A stretch of 64,000 nucleotides of DNA, taken from Botryllus schlosseri (taxonomy: Eukaryota). Position 1 is the first letter of the stretch, and the number at the start of each line of letters is the position of its first letter. The position numbers were made by a program, and so were the translations under genes. The notes under the pieces were generated by a model, which searched no databases, was not told the DNA's origin, and saw nothing but the letters and a program-made list of their open reading frames with translations. Location: contig CM119380.1 of NCBI GenBank assembly GCA_051294905.1, positions 5,766,001-5,830,000 of the forward strand. The letters run 5' to 3'. This document shows, piece by piece, positions 37,333 to 50,664 of the stretch.

Positions 37333-39386
37333 CAGTGGTTCTTAACCTTGTCTCCAGCGCCCCCCAAGCGGTGCTGGCGATTTTGAAGGGGGCGGAAACG
37401 CTCAGGGGGCGATATGGGGGGCGCTGGGCTCAGGGGGGCGGTATGGGGGGCGCTGGAGAAAAATGGCTTCGCAGTAGATGATGTGCTGGTGGGACATATC
37501 CCTAATGAGTATTCAGAGCAAATTACCACCGAAAACTTCGTCATATTGGTTTAATTGTCCATGGGCGCCTAAATGACTGGCACCGAATGTTCCTGTCTTC
37601 GCAATCTGAACCCCAGAAGACGAATTCCCTCTGGCAGGGAAAAATTACATGCCAGTGAAGAAATACCAATTTGAAATCGTGTGCGTCTTTTAGGTTAGTA
37701 CGATTGGGCGAAACGGATATCTAAAGCTAGATATTCCTGTTGGGCGATATCCCTGTTGTGCGATTCTATATTTTAGATATAGCAGACAGGAGGTCACGAA
37801 ATAACATCATGCAACGAAGTCATACCAATGGGTTCGCCCGCCGAATATGTTTAATTATTAGTTACGGGCCCTACAGTTTCCAAGACACCTCAAGGGAATA
37901 ATTACATGCCAGTGAAGAAATCCCAATTTGAAATCGTGTGCGTCTTTTAGGTTAGTACGATTGGGCGAAAGGGATATCTAAAGCTAGATATTCCTGTTGG
38001 GCGATATCCCTGTTGTGCGAATAGTGCGATCCTATATTTTAGATATAGCAGACAGGAGGTCACGAAATAACATCATGCAACGAAGTCATACCAATGGGTT
38101 CGCCCGCCGAATATGTTTAATTATTAGTTACGGGCACTACAGTTTCCAAGACACCTCACAATGTTCGCTCTACGTTTTGACGAGTCTGCGCACACTCAAC
38201 AACTCACTGCGCAGACCCTTGGATAACAGTGCGTAACGACTAAAAAAAGGTCATAACTTCGGATTTGTTGTGCGCAACGTAGATTTTCTGTGCGCAGAGA
38301 CCGTGTCAGCACTGCGCACGTGCACAGCTTAGAGGGAACATTGCACCTCACTCAGCTCTAACGGTAAATCTGGTAACGTGAGCAGAGAGGACAAGAAATG
38401 GATTGCAATATATATGCAATTCCCGATCTTACTGACCGATTTTATCATGAATTATCGAAAGTTTTCGCGCTTCGCACTGGCTCGCTAAACAGTACAGCTG
38501 ATTTCGTGGCTAAAGCGAACAACGTGATGGGGGCGGTCGGTTTATCACCCTATGGGAGCCCCAAGACCCAAGTGTTTTCGGGGGGGGGGGGCTGACGAAG
38601 TGCCGTTTCGTTCCTGCCAACGGGTATACGCCCGAAGATGTATAATTATTATTGAGGGGTCCTACCTTTTCAATCACACATCACTCAGCTCTACCGGTAA
38701 ATCTGTTTACGTGAGCAGAGAGAGGACAAAAGTTGATATCAATATACATGCAATTCCCGATCATATTGACCAATTCAATCATTATTTATTGAAATTTTTC
38801 GCGCATCGTGCGTCCAGGCGAGAATAGCTGGCTCAGTAAACGGACACCCAGTGTAGATGACTAGTATCAGCAAATAGCGGATAGCCGAAGGAGGGTCTGG
38901 GGGCGAAGCCCCCCGGAAGTCTGGCTTATCACCCAATGGGGGGGGGCAAGACCAACGTTTTTTGGGGGTGGGGGCTGACGAAGTGCTGTTACGGCCCTGG
39001 TAACGAATTAATTGTACCTACGGGCACGCCCGAATATGTTTAATTAATAATTACGTGCCCTTTATTTACCCATACAACAGCTCACTCAGCGCTACTGGTA
39101 AATCTGATTACGTGGGCTGAGAGGATAAAAAGTTTATAGCGACTTGTACATGTAATTACCACCTATTCATTCAGGCATTATAGAAAATTTTGGTACCTTA
39201 TGGCGACCAGGCCGCACAAACTTTACCTACCATCGAAATCACGCTACGGCGTTCTTGGGGGCGAAGCCCTCAGAAGTTTGGTTTATCATTGTCTTTATTA
39301 CATTCCTTACAATATGGGGTTGGGGGGCGCTGGAGCACGATAATTTTTGAAAGGGGGCGCTGGAGGAAAAAGGTCAAGAACCACTG
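37333..39386. mobile_element. hAT MITE (family of 2251-3648) with internal duplications
   Basis: CAGTGGTTCTTAACC / GGTCAAGAACCACTG; perfect TSD ATTTAAAC; 257-bp tandem duplication (37644-37900, 37901-38158); three copies of ctcagctctaMcggtaaatctg block. Confidence 0.9.
38159..38343. mobile_element. Small hAT MITE, inverted copy of 18077-18248
   Basis: CAATGTTC...GAACATTG; direct flank repeat CACCTCA(C), 7-8 bp. Confidence 0.8.
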
Positions 39387-40124
39387 ATTTAAACTAATCA
39401 GATTTAGCCTAGTAGCAAAAACTATAGTGCAATATGATTTAAAAAATTTATCAATGATTTATAGCGTTACCACTTTTTAACCAATGTGTCGACTGCACTG
39501 TGCCTTTTTTCACCACACAATAAATGCTGCAGCTTGAGCTTATTCTGCTGTAGACGAAATAGCAGGAACCTGGTACTGCTGTTTAGTGCTAAAATGACGT
39601 CAGCTGCGGTAGCTTGGTGCAAACGAAACTGCGATACCACCACTCATTCTCCTAGCTATCTCACCACTTGGAAGTCAAATCTTGTGGTGTGTACGTCACA
39701 AGAGTTTCTTTCATTTATGATGTCATAAAATCTCGGCGAAAAAGCATAATTGTAGAATATAATGCAACACAGATATCAGAGGAAAATGATCGAAGTTCTG
39801 TAGCGGTTGAAAATAAGACAAAATAAGGACGCAAGTCGAAAATAAGGACATTTCTTAGAAATAAGGACAGTTGAGCTTTCTAAGACGTGGCCCTTCAAAA
39901 TAAGGACAAATCTTAGAAATAAGGACGGTATGGCAACCCTGACTATAAGATTCCTTCAAACAGCTTAAAGCAGCATGCTACATATCTTACGAGTATTTAG
40001 GAAGCTGCCGGAAGCTGTAAAATAAAGTTGCAAAAGTTGCAAAAACTTGCCCTACTGATAAACAGTCGGAATCGATCCGATTACAATGACGAGAAAAACA
40101 GTTTGTCCGACCAATATACTTTCA

Positions 40125-40322
40125 AAATCTGACCCATGCTCAATCAATAGCTCAGAGCGGCGAGGTATCAGCGATAATCAGCTAATGCTTTATTCCCATT
40201 GATAGTGTATATAACCATTTAGGATTACATGGCTGGCAAGAACAATCCGACCGCACAGGAAAATATGGCTCACATATTTGTTCGCCTGGGGTCAATTCGA
40301 CCCAAACCTTAGTGGCCTAGGG
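40125..40322 (-). mobile_element. One-ended fragment of the piggyBac MITE family
   Basis: Reverse complement of ~24005-24210; ends CTAGGG followed by TTAG. Confidence 0.7.
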
Positions 40323-40662
40323 TTAGCAGATAGACAACAGCTATAGCATATATTACCGGAGATTTTAAATACCATTACAATATTGTATTTTACAAGCCCG
40401 TATCGCAGTTCTGGTGGAAGTCGTTTTCAACCAGCATTAATCGCTATAATCCGTGTTGCATACTCAAGTGCCACTTGGTTGGTACCATGCATTTAACGAT
40501 ACTTTCAAGGGTACAGAGCTTTAATTTACATTTTCATAATATATTCTTCGCGTAATATATTAAAACCCGAAGAATTTCGAGCTGACACTCATCACGGAAA
40601 ATCGTCAGCCAATACTGAATTTCAGAAATCTGCGTCGACCTACATTGCATATAACGATTTAT

Positions 40663-42598
40663 CACTGGTCGACATGATGTTTCTTTCTGGCCAAAATCAT
40701 GACAGTCAAATCAATTTTCATACGCTGATTACGAATATGAAGTCGCTTTTTCTCTCTCACGTCAAGATTTTTTATAATCTGTAATTTAAAATTTTGCATT
40801 TCAGTGCTAAAACAGCCTGTTTTGTGACGTATTCCTTGCTGTTTGGTCATAGCTATCACCACTGTGACGTCATCAGAGGTGGTCAAATTACTCACCATAG
40901 GTACTCAAGTAGAGTTAGAAGTAACGGCGTCATTTTCTACTCAAGTAAAAGTAGAAGTAACGGCGTCAATGTGTACTCAAGTAGAAGTAAAAGTAACTTT
41001 TTATATGTATGTAAAAAAGTCATTATCTAGGCCTATTTTTTATATCAGTATCAATTTATTAATATTTTCTTCCTTTCAAAACACCACAAGACTGCGATAC
41101 AATGAAAAGATAGTAAGGCGTCGAAACGACTTGGAGTAGTCTTTGAAATCAGACATCTGAAATCAGACCTGGGCCTATAGGCGATGTAAAGAACAGGTAT
41201 GCACATCACAATGAATGAAAAACAAAGCGACAATGAGGCTGTGAAGCATTTGAAAACAAAAATACTTACCATTTGGTGTGCCGATAGGGTTTGGAGAGAG
41301 CCACGTGGACATGGAAACGATTGTTACTTTTTCTCGTGTTTTATTTTTAAATTTAATGTCAAAAATCAGCATTAAATTCAATATCCAATTTGACTTGCGC
41401 AATACGACCAGTAGTTGAAGATTCTCTTGGTGAAGAGTCATTGTCTGAAGAATGTTCTCAGCATGGGTGTGATGTTGATCAGCAGCTATATAAAGTTGAA
41501 TCAAGCTGAACTAAATAACTGTGTCATAGATTTTAATTTACCAAATGAATCTGCTCTTATTGTAGGTTCCAGATTAGAAGACAAACATATAGCCTACTTG
41601 GCACTGATACCACTTTTGCTTTGTATATGGATCGTGATAGTGAATACACACTCTTCTTTGCCGGCGAACCCTCTTTAATCTATATTGTGCCGATGTTCAA
41701 GAGACATTGGGAGGCGTGAATTGCGCCTCTTTATTTATGCATCAGGTCTAAAAGCTGTTTTGTCGCACAATACAAATCAATGTGCCTTTATCCCTGTAAC
41801 TGGTACAACTGGCATCAAGGGGTCTTACGAGAATATAAAACTTCTGATTTCGAATTTTGAATATAGTACTCAAACGTGTAAAGTTTCCGTTGATTTTGAA
41901 CTCATAAATATGATACTGGTTCAACGGTCTAGAACCACAATGAATGTGTGAATGGGACAGTAAAAATTATTGAATCAAAAGTAAGTCGCCGATAAAAGAT
42001 TACCTTACACCAGGCTTTAAAATGTTTTAGAGCCTGCACTTATCCACAGATCGAATGTTGTATTTCCACCATTATACATTAAACTGTATCTCATGAAAAA
42101 GTTTTTTAAAAGTTCTGATCAAAAAGAATGCACGTTCTAAATACATTCACGAAACGTTTCCTCACTCGAGTGTCGTTACCGTTAAAGAGGGTGTATATTT
42201 GTTGGATCTCAAATCAGAATACTCACCAAACCACCCTATTTCTTATTGGGAAGTAGGATTTGGAAAAAATACACGACTCTCCCTCATTGAAGTTGCATCT
42301 AAATTTCTTGAAAATACTAAGGATCCTTTTTTATTTGGAGGATTTAGTTTAAGAACGTAAAACCCCAAATCCAATAAAGTAATTCGAGAACTTTGTAAAA
42401 TGTTTAGGTTTTTCGAAGTACATACCTTCAATATTGCAGCAAACAATACGTTTTTTAGTAAAATTTTCAATCGATTTTTGCGAAAAATTGTGATGCGATG
42501 AGTGAATTCTGATGGCAAATTCGAAATCAGCATCGTCAAACTAAACACAATTATTCGTCCTAAAAAAAGAAAAAAAAGTTGAAAAATGTCGACCAGTG
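40663..42598 (+). mobile_element. Chapaev-type (CMC superfamily) transposon, decayed
   Basis: Perfect 13-bp TIR CACTGGTCGACAT; flanking direct repeat TTAT. Confidence 0.8.
41120..42230 (+). pseudogene. Chapaev3-like transposase pseudogene
   Basis: PFGVP/VWREPRGHGNDCYF; LNQAELNNCVIDFNLPNESALIVGSRL; LRLFIYASGLKAVLSHNTN...SYENIKLL; FPPLYIKLYLMK; IFVGSQIR; many stops, frameshifts and deletions. Confidence 0.75.
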
Positions 42599-42781
42599 TT
42601 ATGACGTCATATGAACAAACTACAGATATCTAACTTATGGATAGATGGGCAACACGTGATTCTCGGACCAGAGATTCGATGGTCGGCAGATTTGTTGTCG
42701 TTTCATAGCATGAAAAGGCTGGTTTTTGGCCAGATTGACTGTTAAATCTGCAGGTATGCTTGGTGTGGATAGGATATAGGG

Positions 42782-44008
42782 CAGGGGTTCTCAAAGGGTG
42801 GGCCACAGAGCATTTCGAGGTGGGCCACAAAGCTATTTAGAAAATTTTAGAATTGATGTAAGTTTAGTTATATTTGTTATGTTAAATGTTAGGAATATAT
42901 ATTCATAAACTTTTCATCCGACTCTGATGAGACGTAGTGACGCGTATGGAGTCAGCATGTACAAGTCGAAAACGGGAGGGACAAACGACGGCCTTTTCCA
43001 CTGACTATCGACAACCTACGGCTAACAGCAACTAAAGTAATTTCGAGTATATGATACTTGTCAGGTAATGCTAAAGTAACCAAGTATTCCGGCAGGGTCA
43101 TATATCGTATGCCGTTGAAAGGGGGTGCAATAAAGTCGGAATTAAGTGTAATTGATGTATAGATTTACTGTACTTCGGCAGGTCGTATTATTGTAAGACA
43201 AAAACAGCCATAATTACAAATTATTCGCAACTTCTGGTGAAGGTATACTACACCACCGTAACGAAACGTAATGGATTGAGGATTTAGCGAAGCGCAATAA
43301 TCTTTGGAGACGGTTTAAAATGTCCCGCTTGGAAATCATTGAACATAATGTAAGAGTCACATGAATTGAGTATTGAATCATTGGATTGAAGATTCTGACA
43401 TCGCAACTTCACTTAGTTTGGTACAAGACATACAGTATACATTGTACAGCATGCATATTAAAAAAACTCTTTCTTCACTTCTCTGTAGTACTAGCACCCA
43501 ATTCATTAATGAATTGTTCGAAACTGGCCCAGAATGATTATATTATTCCCTACAATAGTGGAACAAAAACCCTAATAACACTGTGGAGTGGATGTGGGAA
43601 TCTGATCATTACGTTTCGCGACGCGGATGGAGCAGCAGACGATCATAATATACACAAGAGTTTTAGCCGATGATCTATCTGGGCCGTAACTGCCGCACCC
43701 AAACCCCTAATTCGAGAGCTCGAAGGGGCCCAAGATAATTAAGTTGGTTGTTTGTTGGAGGATATTTATTAAACTCGAAAATTTTCGTCGCGCTTCGCGC
43801 GATTTCATGTCCCTAGACCTAGAGGTCTAGATTGAACTATCGTCAGTATTTAGAGAAAATGCGCATATTCAGGATAAATAGGCATATCGGGCCGTCGAGT
43901 CGACAGCCACGCATTGAACAGGATTAGGACTCTAAGATGAGAGGTGGGCCACAGCACATTTTTAAACCGGAAACTGGCCCACGGCCAAGAACGTGCTAAG
44001 AACCCCTG
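42782..44008. mobile_element. hAT MITE, 1227 bp
   Basis: CAGGGGTTCT / AGAACCCCTG; perfect TSD ATATAGGG. Confidence 0.9.
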
Positions 44009-44252
44009 ATATAGGGCAATCAGAACAAGTTATTTAGTGATACAGTACATCTAGCCACTGGCGCGGCTATCAAAGCATTAATATCAGGAGTATATTTAAG
44101 GAGCAGAAAAAGTCATGATATCCACTCTTATTATTCAGGTTATCAATTGGTTTCAATATTGACTCCAGCTGAGGTTTCCTTGAAATATTTTCGTTTGTAT
44201 AATAATAGACAGGTAATGTATGTATTGATAAATAAAGGGAAAAAGTTACACG

Positions 44253-44483
44253 ATGTGTCTGTCACATGATAATGTTCAGGTTGAAGAAGACTTGTTGGAT
44301 ATCAACAGGAATATTTCTATTTCTATCCTAAGGAAAAATGGTGCATGGGAAGATCTTGCTGTTCAATACAACTCCGTCCCTGATGCTCGAAAGGTATCAT
44401 CCAAACAGCTTAAAAAATGTTGGACTAACATGAATAAGCTAACAGAAAAGCCAAGATTTGATAATTTGTTTCTATCGACTTAG
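44253..44483 (+). pseudogene. Myb/SANT-like DNA-binding domain fragment (typical Harbinger accessory ORF)
   Basis: KNGAWEDLAVQYNS...RKVSSKQLKKCWTNM fits the AW..IA..FN...QLKKCW.NL pattern; truncated; no transposase nearby. Confidence 0.6.
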
Positions 44484-46559
44484 TAAGCTCCAACCAGTGT
44501 TATAAAAATCAAAGTGAAGTTATTTACTTGCACGCAGTTTTTTTGAGTTAAGAAATCAATATTATTATCCATCAACTATTAATATTGACAAAATTAATTT
44601 GTTGAAGCATGTTGTCATTACGTGATCTCGGGCAATGATTGTCGGTCCTCGGATGATATTGAAATCGCTCACCCATACCAAATGAAACTAGAGAAAACAT
44701 TCCCATTTCTATTCGCATTTGGTCTACGGCTCTCATTCGTGCCTCACGGCGCTTTTATTAGAACTTCAGTGATTGAATCAATATCGAAGCTTCCGATGGT
44801 TTTGGGTCACGGCTTTATCGCCAGTGATCTATTTGGCAGCGCACTTCTCATGAAGTCGCATTGGACAAACCAATGGCCGTATGCGGCCCGTGGGGCGCGG
44901 GTTTGAGACCCCTGCGGTAGACTATGCACAACAAAATTTTAAATATGCATAGTGACACTAAAGAGCGCGACTCAGATTTGAAATAGCTCCGCAACGAAAT
45001 ACTATATACTTTATGTTCATTATCAATATAATTTCGGGCCACCATCGAGTTTGGTTCAGAAATTAAGTTGTGTGGAATGCTCAATGTGCCCGAAATTTGT
45101 TTTTTCCGGGATCGTTTGAATGCTATTACAATGTGCCTCGCGGTTCCCAAAAATTGTTTCGCGAACACATAAAGGACCTATAGTTTGCGGACCACTGAGC
45201 GAAATGCTTGTGAATGTAAGAGTTCATAGCCACGGCCTGCAAGAAATCGGCGTATACTAGTCACACTTGCATTTCCCTCTGAATTTAATGATTGCGATCT
45301 AATACCACGCGGAACATGTTGTTTAATGCCATTAGTTATGAAGCAGCCCGCTGGTGAATGAACACTGCATCAGATGGCCCCGCTGGAGAACGCTAGCGGT
45401 CAGAACCTGCCAGTTGGTGATCCCCACGATCGTTCGTGCACTAACACTACAATGTAAAAAAATAACCTCGATTTACCTCGAGATGTCTGGAAGCAGGGTG
45501 GCCAGCCACTTGTCAGTAATATAACATTACCGTCACTCAATGCAAATTTAACTTACACCCGTCCGGTATTCTAACTGTACACGCCAGACTGTAATGTCAC
45601 AGTCGACTCCGGAATATCCAATCTACATGTTCTACTGTACAGTGTGTATTTACGACCGAGACAGTAATTTTACCGCCCATCTACATGCCGCCCCAGTCAA
45701 CAAAAGCGTGGATATTCAATGCCGAACCAGGCGAAGTTGGTGAAGGAGGGAAGGGATCACAGCCGTTTCCTTACTATACTATGATTTACTAAAACGGATC
45801 GCTCTCGAACTCAAAAGATCGATTATTCTTCTTTCCATCGACGGCCGGGTAGATTGGTGTCAACGTTATTAACCAATCAAATTGCGATGATTATCACGCG
45901 GCATCATCGTGACGTTCCTTCTGCATAGCTTCGCCAGGTTTGTGACCACTTGAGCGTGGAGTAATTGTAATGTCTAGGGCAATTTTTTTTTGACCTAAAA
46001 AAACGGAAGATTTTGACCTAAAAAATCTAAATTTTGACTTTTTTTGACCTAAAAAAAATTGAAATTTGACCAAATTTTGACCTTACGTATGCAAATTAGG
46101 TGTTTCCGCACATAATGTCAAAATTGTACTACTTATCTTCATTTCTGGTTGGAACTGTCTGTCCTTGGAAAGTAGATCGGCCTGAAAAAACGTTTTGGGC
46201 ACAAAAACTAGCAAATTTTTACATGAAAAAACTATCGAATAGTATATTCATATTGAAATGAACCGGAATATTTTCGGCTGACACTCGTCAGGGGTAATCG
46301 TCAGCAACTAGTAGAGAATTGGAAAGAACATGGTATATCAACAATCGTATCTCAAACTATGACGTCATTTGTGTGACTTGAAGTCGACTTTTATCAAAAT
46401 ACACCAACCAAAACTCTGTCAACAAAAGGAGTTCGTGTACCACCTAAAAATAGCACATTGAACGCTCTCTCTTTCATGTTGGTGACGTCATATTTTGTGA
46501 TACGATTGTTGATATACCATGTTCTTTCCAATTCTCTACTAGTTGCTGACGATTACCCC

Positions 46560-46887
46560 TGCGGGGATGAAGAGCGGTCTGTCAGTCTGCGATTGTATAC
46601 GGGAAGTCCGTGGTCTACGGATAGCAGCTTATAGTATATACTTAACTGGCAGTAGCTGACACGAACGTCCTGTGTAGTTCTTGACTGTAGTTCAATAGAC
46701 ACCAACAATTGCCTTTTCCAGATATATTGTACGGACGGTATATCAATTCGGGTACAAGCAGTAGGTTAGCGTACATGAGTCTCTGAGTCAACTTGGATAT
46801 GCACTGGGTTATAACTATGCGATAAGTCACGTGATGTAGTATTATACCATAACAGATATATGAGAGAGAAGGAGCCAGGGCTCCACA
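46560..46887 (-). repeat. 3' LTR
   Basis: Direct repeat of 50665-50992. Confidence 0.95.
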
Positions 46888-49146
46888 CTGTCCCATCAAA
46901 GATGGAGTGATAACGATATTCCAAACATACAGGAAACTGAATAGGACAGAGGCACGAATGTTAAGTGCAATAACTACAAAACAGTAACTGTACAATGAGC
47001 GGCTTAAAGGCAGCACGTGTTCATCATGAGAGGTCGAATCCCGTGTCCAAGAAACCATTAGATAGCGGCATGGGTTGGAAAAGGCAAAAGGTTTTTTGTA
47101 TTATTATAAGAAACAAAGAGCAATAAAGTAAAGGGCGAGTAGCGTCATAACCACCGCGCCATGCGTGCGTAATGTTAATGGGTACGGCGTGGCAGATTGG
47201 AAAGACGGTTTTAAGGAGTCATCGGAAATCCCGTATCGGCGAGTCTGGGACGATTTGAAGTTAGAAAAGCCGAATTACTCAAGTCGTTAATCGACGATTA
47301 CTGGGGAATAATTTTCGGAGATCTGAGTGTGGAATGATACATGGTGAAGTCATATTATGCGAATTTTATGCCAGAGTTGTGAGAACTCGTTAACGGTAAA
47401 ATCCGGGGGCTTGAGAACGCGGCGTGAACAAAGCCGTGTCAGAGTCTAGTCATAACTAAAAAAAAACCGAAACCAAATCCAATTAATGACGCGGGGTTGC
47501 CGACAAAAGAGCGGTGGTTATGGTCGCCAAGCAAAATACATGCAAGCATAAAAAGGAATAATAAAACACATTAAAATTGGTCCTCTGAGGGATAAATCAA
47601 TGTCCAGCCATCCGGCATCCATTAGGGGATGTGACGATCACATGTGCCGCTAATGGCGCGAACGGGAAAGTCAGTCCGTCATGTTAAGCGAAAGAACGAA
47701 GTTATTTAACAATTAGCCGTGTGGCAAAAAACCGCCAAATTGCCGAAATATTTACAGAAGTCTATGCTCATTTCATGTATTGATAACCCTGCCAATGTAA
47801 TGACCATATATAATCGCGATATGGCATTAAAGACCAACCAGGTTTGTAGATTTCGATGCGAGAGACACGAGCGCGAAGCGTAAATGGTGCGGTAAGATTC
47901 CGGTTGAAACAGCATCCTTAGAACCGGACGTTGTAATCGTGAATGCGATTCATTCAGGCAGGTCCCTCTCGAGATAAGCGATTCAGCGCGGCTTTTTGGG
48001 CATCGCGGGCAGGTAATGTCTCTCGTGAGCATTCGGTGATCGGCAATTTGGTGCGGTTACGGGGCGTGAATACGATTTCTAGAAAGAAAGTCGGCAGCAG
48101 TATCAATGAAACCAATACATGCTCGCGCAGTAAACACGAGTAACAATAAGAACATAATAATAACAAAAGCATGGAAACAATAATAAGGCAACAATTAAGA
48201 AACGTGTGGCAGGCAGCGAAACAGATGATGATTGGCTCCTTCCTTTGGGTAGGAAATAAGTAATTATATCCGCGGCAATCAACTCAAGTGGTGGGGGTGA
48301 CGTCATCTATGTGACGTAGGTAACCACTCGTAAAAATAATGAAAAAGAATGGCAGATATCAAACTGGTCAGTTAAGTACATTGAAACACGTGTATTGTGG
48401 TAGCAAGTCAAATCTAGTGTCGATATAAAATCAACGGGATTAGCAATATTGACGTGATTTAATCAATAATTTGGTCTATTAACGGATCGAAAGAAAGGGA
48501 CAATAGCAATTAAACATCACTGCACGCCACTTAACACATCGCAAGTGTAAAAACGTGCGCCCGCTACTTCAATAATTTGCTTCGAAGACTTACATAAAAA
48601 TGACGTATCGACCGGTAGATACATCGTACACAGTAAGTGTTAGATCAAATTCCTCCAACACTGGATAATACTTTATCCAAAAACCGTATTAAATATTATA
48701 TACACTATATATAGTGTCCGGTCGTGGATCATTTCGATAAAAAGGCGTACGGGCGAGACAGGGTAAGCGGAACTCTACTTCTGCTTCGTTATGCAATAGA
48801 GTGAAAGTAAATAGAATGAGTTTTAAACTGGAGAGTTGCAAATCATAAATCCCATGCGCATTAGAATTGCCGAATTGCGCACCAACAGTCCCCATATCTA
48901 AAAACGGTTTGGCGAGATGTCAAAACCAACACAAGAACAATTACTTGGACACGTAATTTCCCTGCTCACAGCATTACACACGACCCGCGGGCAGAAAGCG
49001 AAGACCTATACAGACCCCGTACTCCAACCGTGTACCTAATTAACGAGTTCCCCAAGTAGCTCTAAAATGGGCAACGTGGTATTTAATATTAACAGATTCG
49101 TGACTATACAAACGATTCACGGATCTAGGTGACCAGATGTCAGTAA

Positions 49147-49358
49147 TAGGTAAGTAAGTAAGTAAATACGTAAGTAAGAAAGTAAGTAAGTAAGTAATAT
49201 AAGTAATGAATAACTAGGATATTCCTCGCTACGTCATCTGCGTAAGCGGTGTATTACAAAAAGCTCAGAAGTGGGCCGCGCTCGAAGCTGGCAGCCATGG
49301 GATAAAAACGAAGAATATCGGCCTGGTGTAAATGACTATAGTAGCCGACAAACATCAT
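49147..49358 (-). mobile_element. 3' end of a SINE/LINE-like repeat with a (TTAC)n tail inside the LTR element
   Basis: (GTAA)n run at 49147-49203; 49232-49358 aligns by eye (~70%) to 31723-31842. Confidence 0.5.
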
Positions 49359-50121
49359 GAAAACCTCAAAATAAACAAACAAATAATGACTAATGAGTCG
49401 GAACAACGAAATGAAAGAAACCAAGGCCACGCGACGTAATCAAGACGATCATCGCGGGGTTAACGAAGCAAAAATGAGATGAAAAATAAGCTAGTTTTAT
49501 GCAAAAATGAATGAAGACATACAAATGCGGTATGCTCAGTTCGGAGTCAAAAAGCGCTTATTGGTAGCTTGATATAGCACGCCGCGGCACGGTAATTAAT
49601 ACAATCTGAAGTTACGTTAGATAGCAAATCGAATTATGGGCATCTGAAAGAGCTGAGATCGTTATCTGATTGTATTCATCTCTAATCGTGCGCTCGCGAA
49701 CGTTTAAAACGACAAAGGGAGTCGGAGGCAATTATTCAATAGGGTAGCGATGCGATCTCAAAAATGAATTTATATACAAGCGAAGAACTAATAAATTGCA
49801 TCGTCAATTCCGATTTACCGTTACCGAGAAGTATTGTATAATTTTGGCAGCAGATCGCAACGTTGTAATTAACAAACGAATCATTCAGAGCCATTATGAA
49901 GCTCGTTTCAATTACCGAATGAATTAGGAATACTCCTTTAGTACCATAGTCAAAAATAATTATCAAGTAAAATGCAGTAGATTATTGTAATCTAGCGTGC
50001 GTACTATGATGTAATATTGAAATTTTCGAACAACCTATTCAAATTAATGAAGCATAAAGTGGACGATTTTCGATCAAAAGTTGCGTCTTTAAAATAACTA
50101 AAAACGAGTCAAACATTCAAA

Positions 50122-50394
50122 TTAGTAGGTTACGAATGGGATCACGGATATACGCTGTGCATTCTGGGGAAATTCACCATTCACTCCGCGGGAAACGACA
50201 TCGTTATCTCCGGCGTCTGCCAGATGAGCGGACTGATCAACAATTTGATTTTCATGATGTAAGCCTATATCGGTTTGAAGATTATCATTGGATATGCCGA
50301 AGCCAATAGAAGGTTCATCACCGCGGTATCTAAGATCGAAGTTATGCGCTATTTTATAAGCTACACCCGTATCTGATTCGCTGTTGGTTGCCAT
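50122..50394 (-). pseudogene. 90-aa ORF, possible truncated gag N-terminus
   Basis: First ATG-initiated ORF ~250 nt downstream of the PBS; MATNSES...HNFDLRYR resembles the HxYxLRxR motif of some Gypsy Gag N-termini. Confidence 0.35.
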
Positions 50395-50650
50395 AATCAC
50401 AAAAACCGCAATAAATTTACGAATATAATTGAAATATTAAAAAGCGAAATTTTATAACACGGAAAATTACGGTCAAATGTATATACGAACTGCCAGCCGA
50501 CAAACAAATCCAGAAATCGTATAAAACGGGTAAATACCGGATGTGTCTTGCAGTCCTGGCGTTTTCGTGAATATTCGTATCGTTGCAAGCGAATGCTAAT
50601 AGTCCGATGATGGAGCGGCAAAGAGTCTTTTCGTTTGAACTAAGTCACGA

Positions 50651-50664
50651 ACGTCGGGGCGCCA
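50651..50664 (-). promoter_or_regulatory. Primer-binding site TGGCGCCCCGACGT
   Basis: Abuts the 5' LTR and starts TGG (complement of tRNA CCA); intermediate between known tRNA-Trp and tRNA-Lys PBS sequences. Confidence 0.8.

Larger units (their letters stand above)
36499..39941 (-). mobile_element. Internally deleted hAT transposon
   Basis: TIR CAGGGTTACCAT / ATGGCAACCCTG; perfect TSD ACTATAAG; AAATAAGGAC subterminal repeats at both ends. Confidence 0.9.

Noticed and set aside
42915-42985. Hammerhead-ribozyme-like core CTGATGA-gac...gtc-GAAA
   Set aside because: Stem II has only 3 bp, and I could not find complementary strands for stems I and III with an NUH site on either side. An Infernal hammerhead search would settle it.
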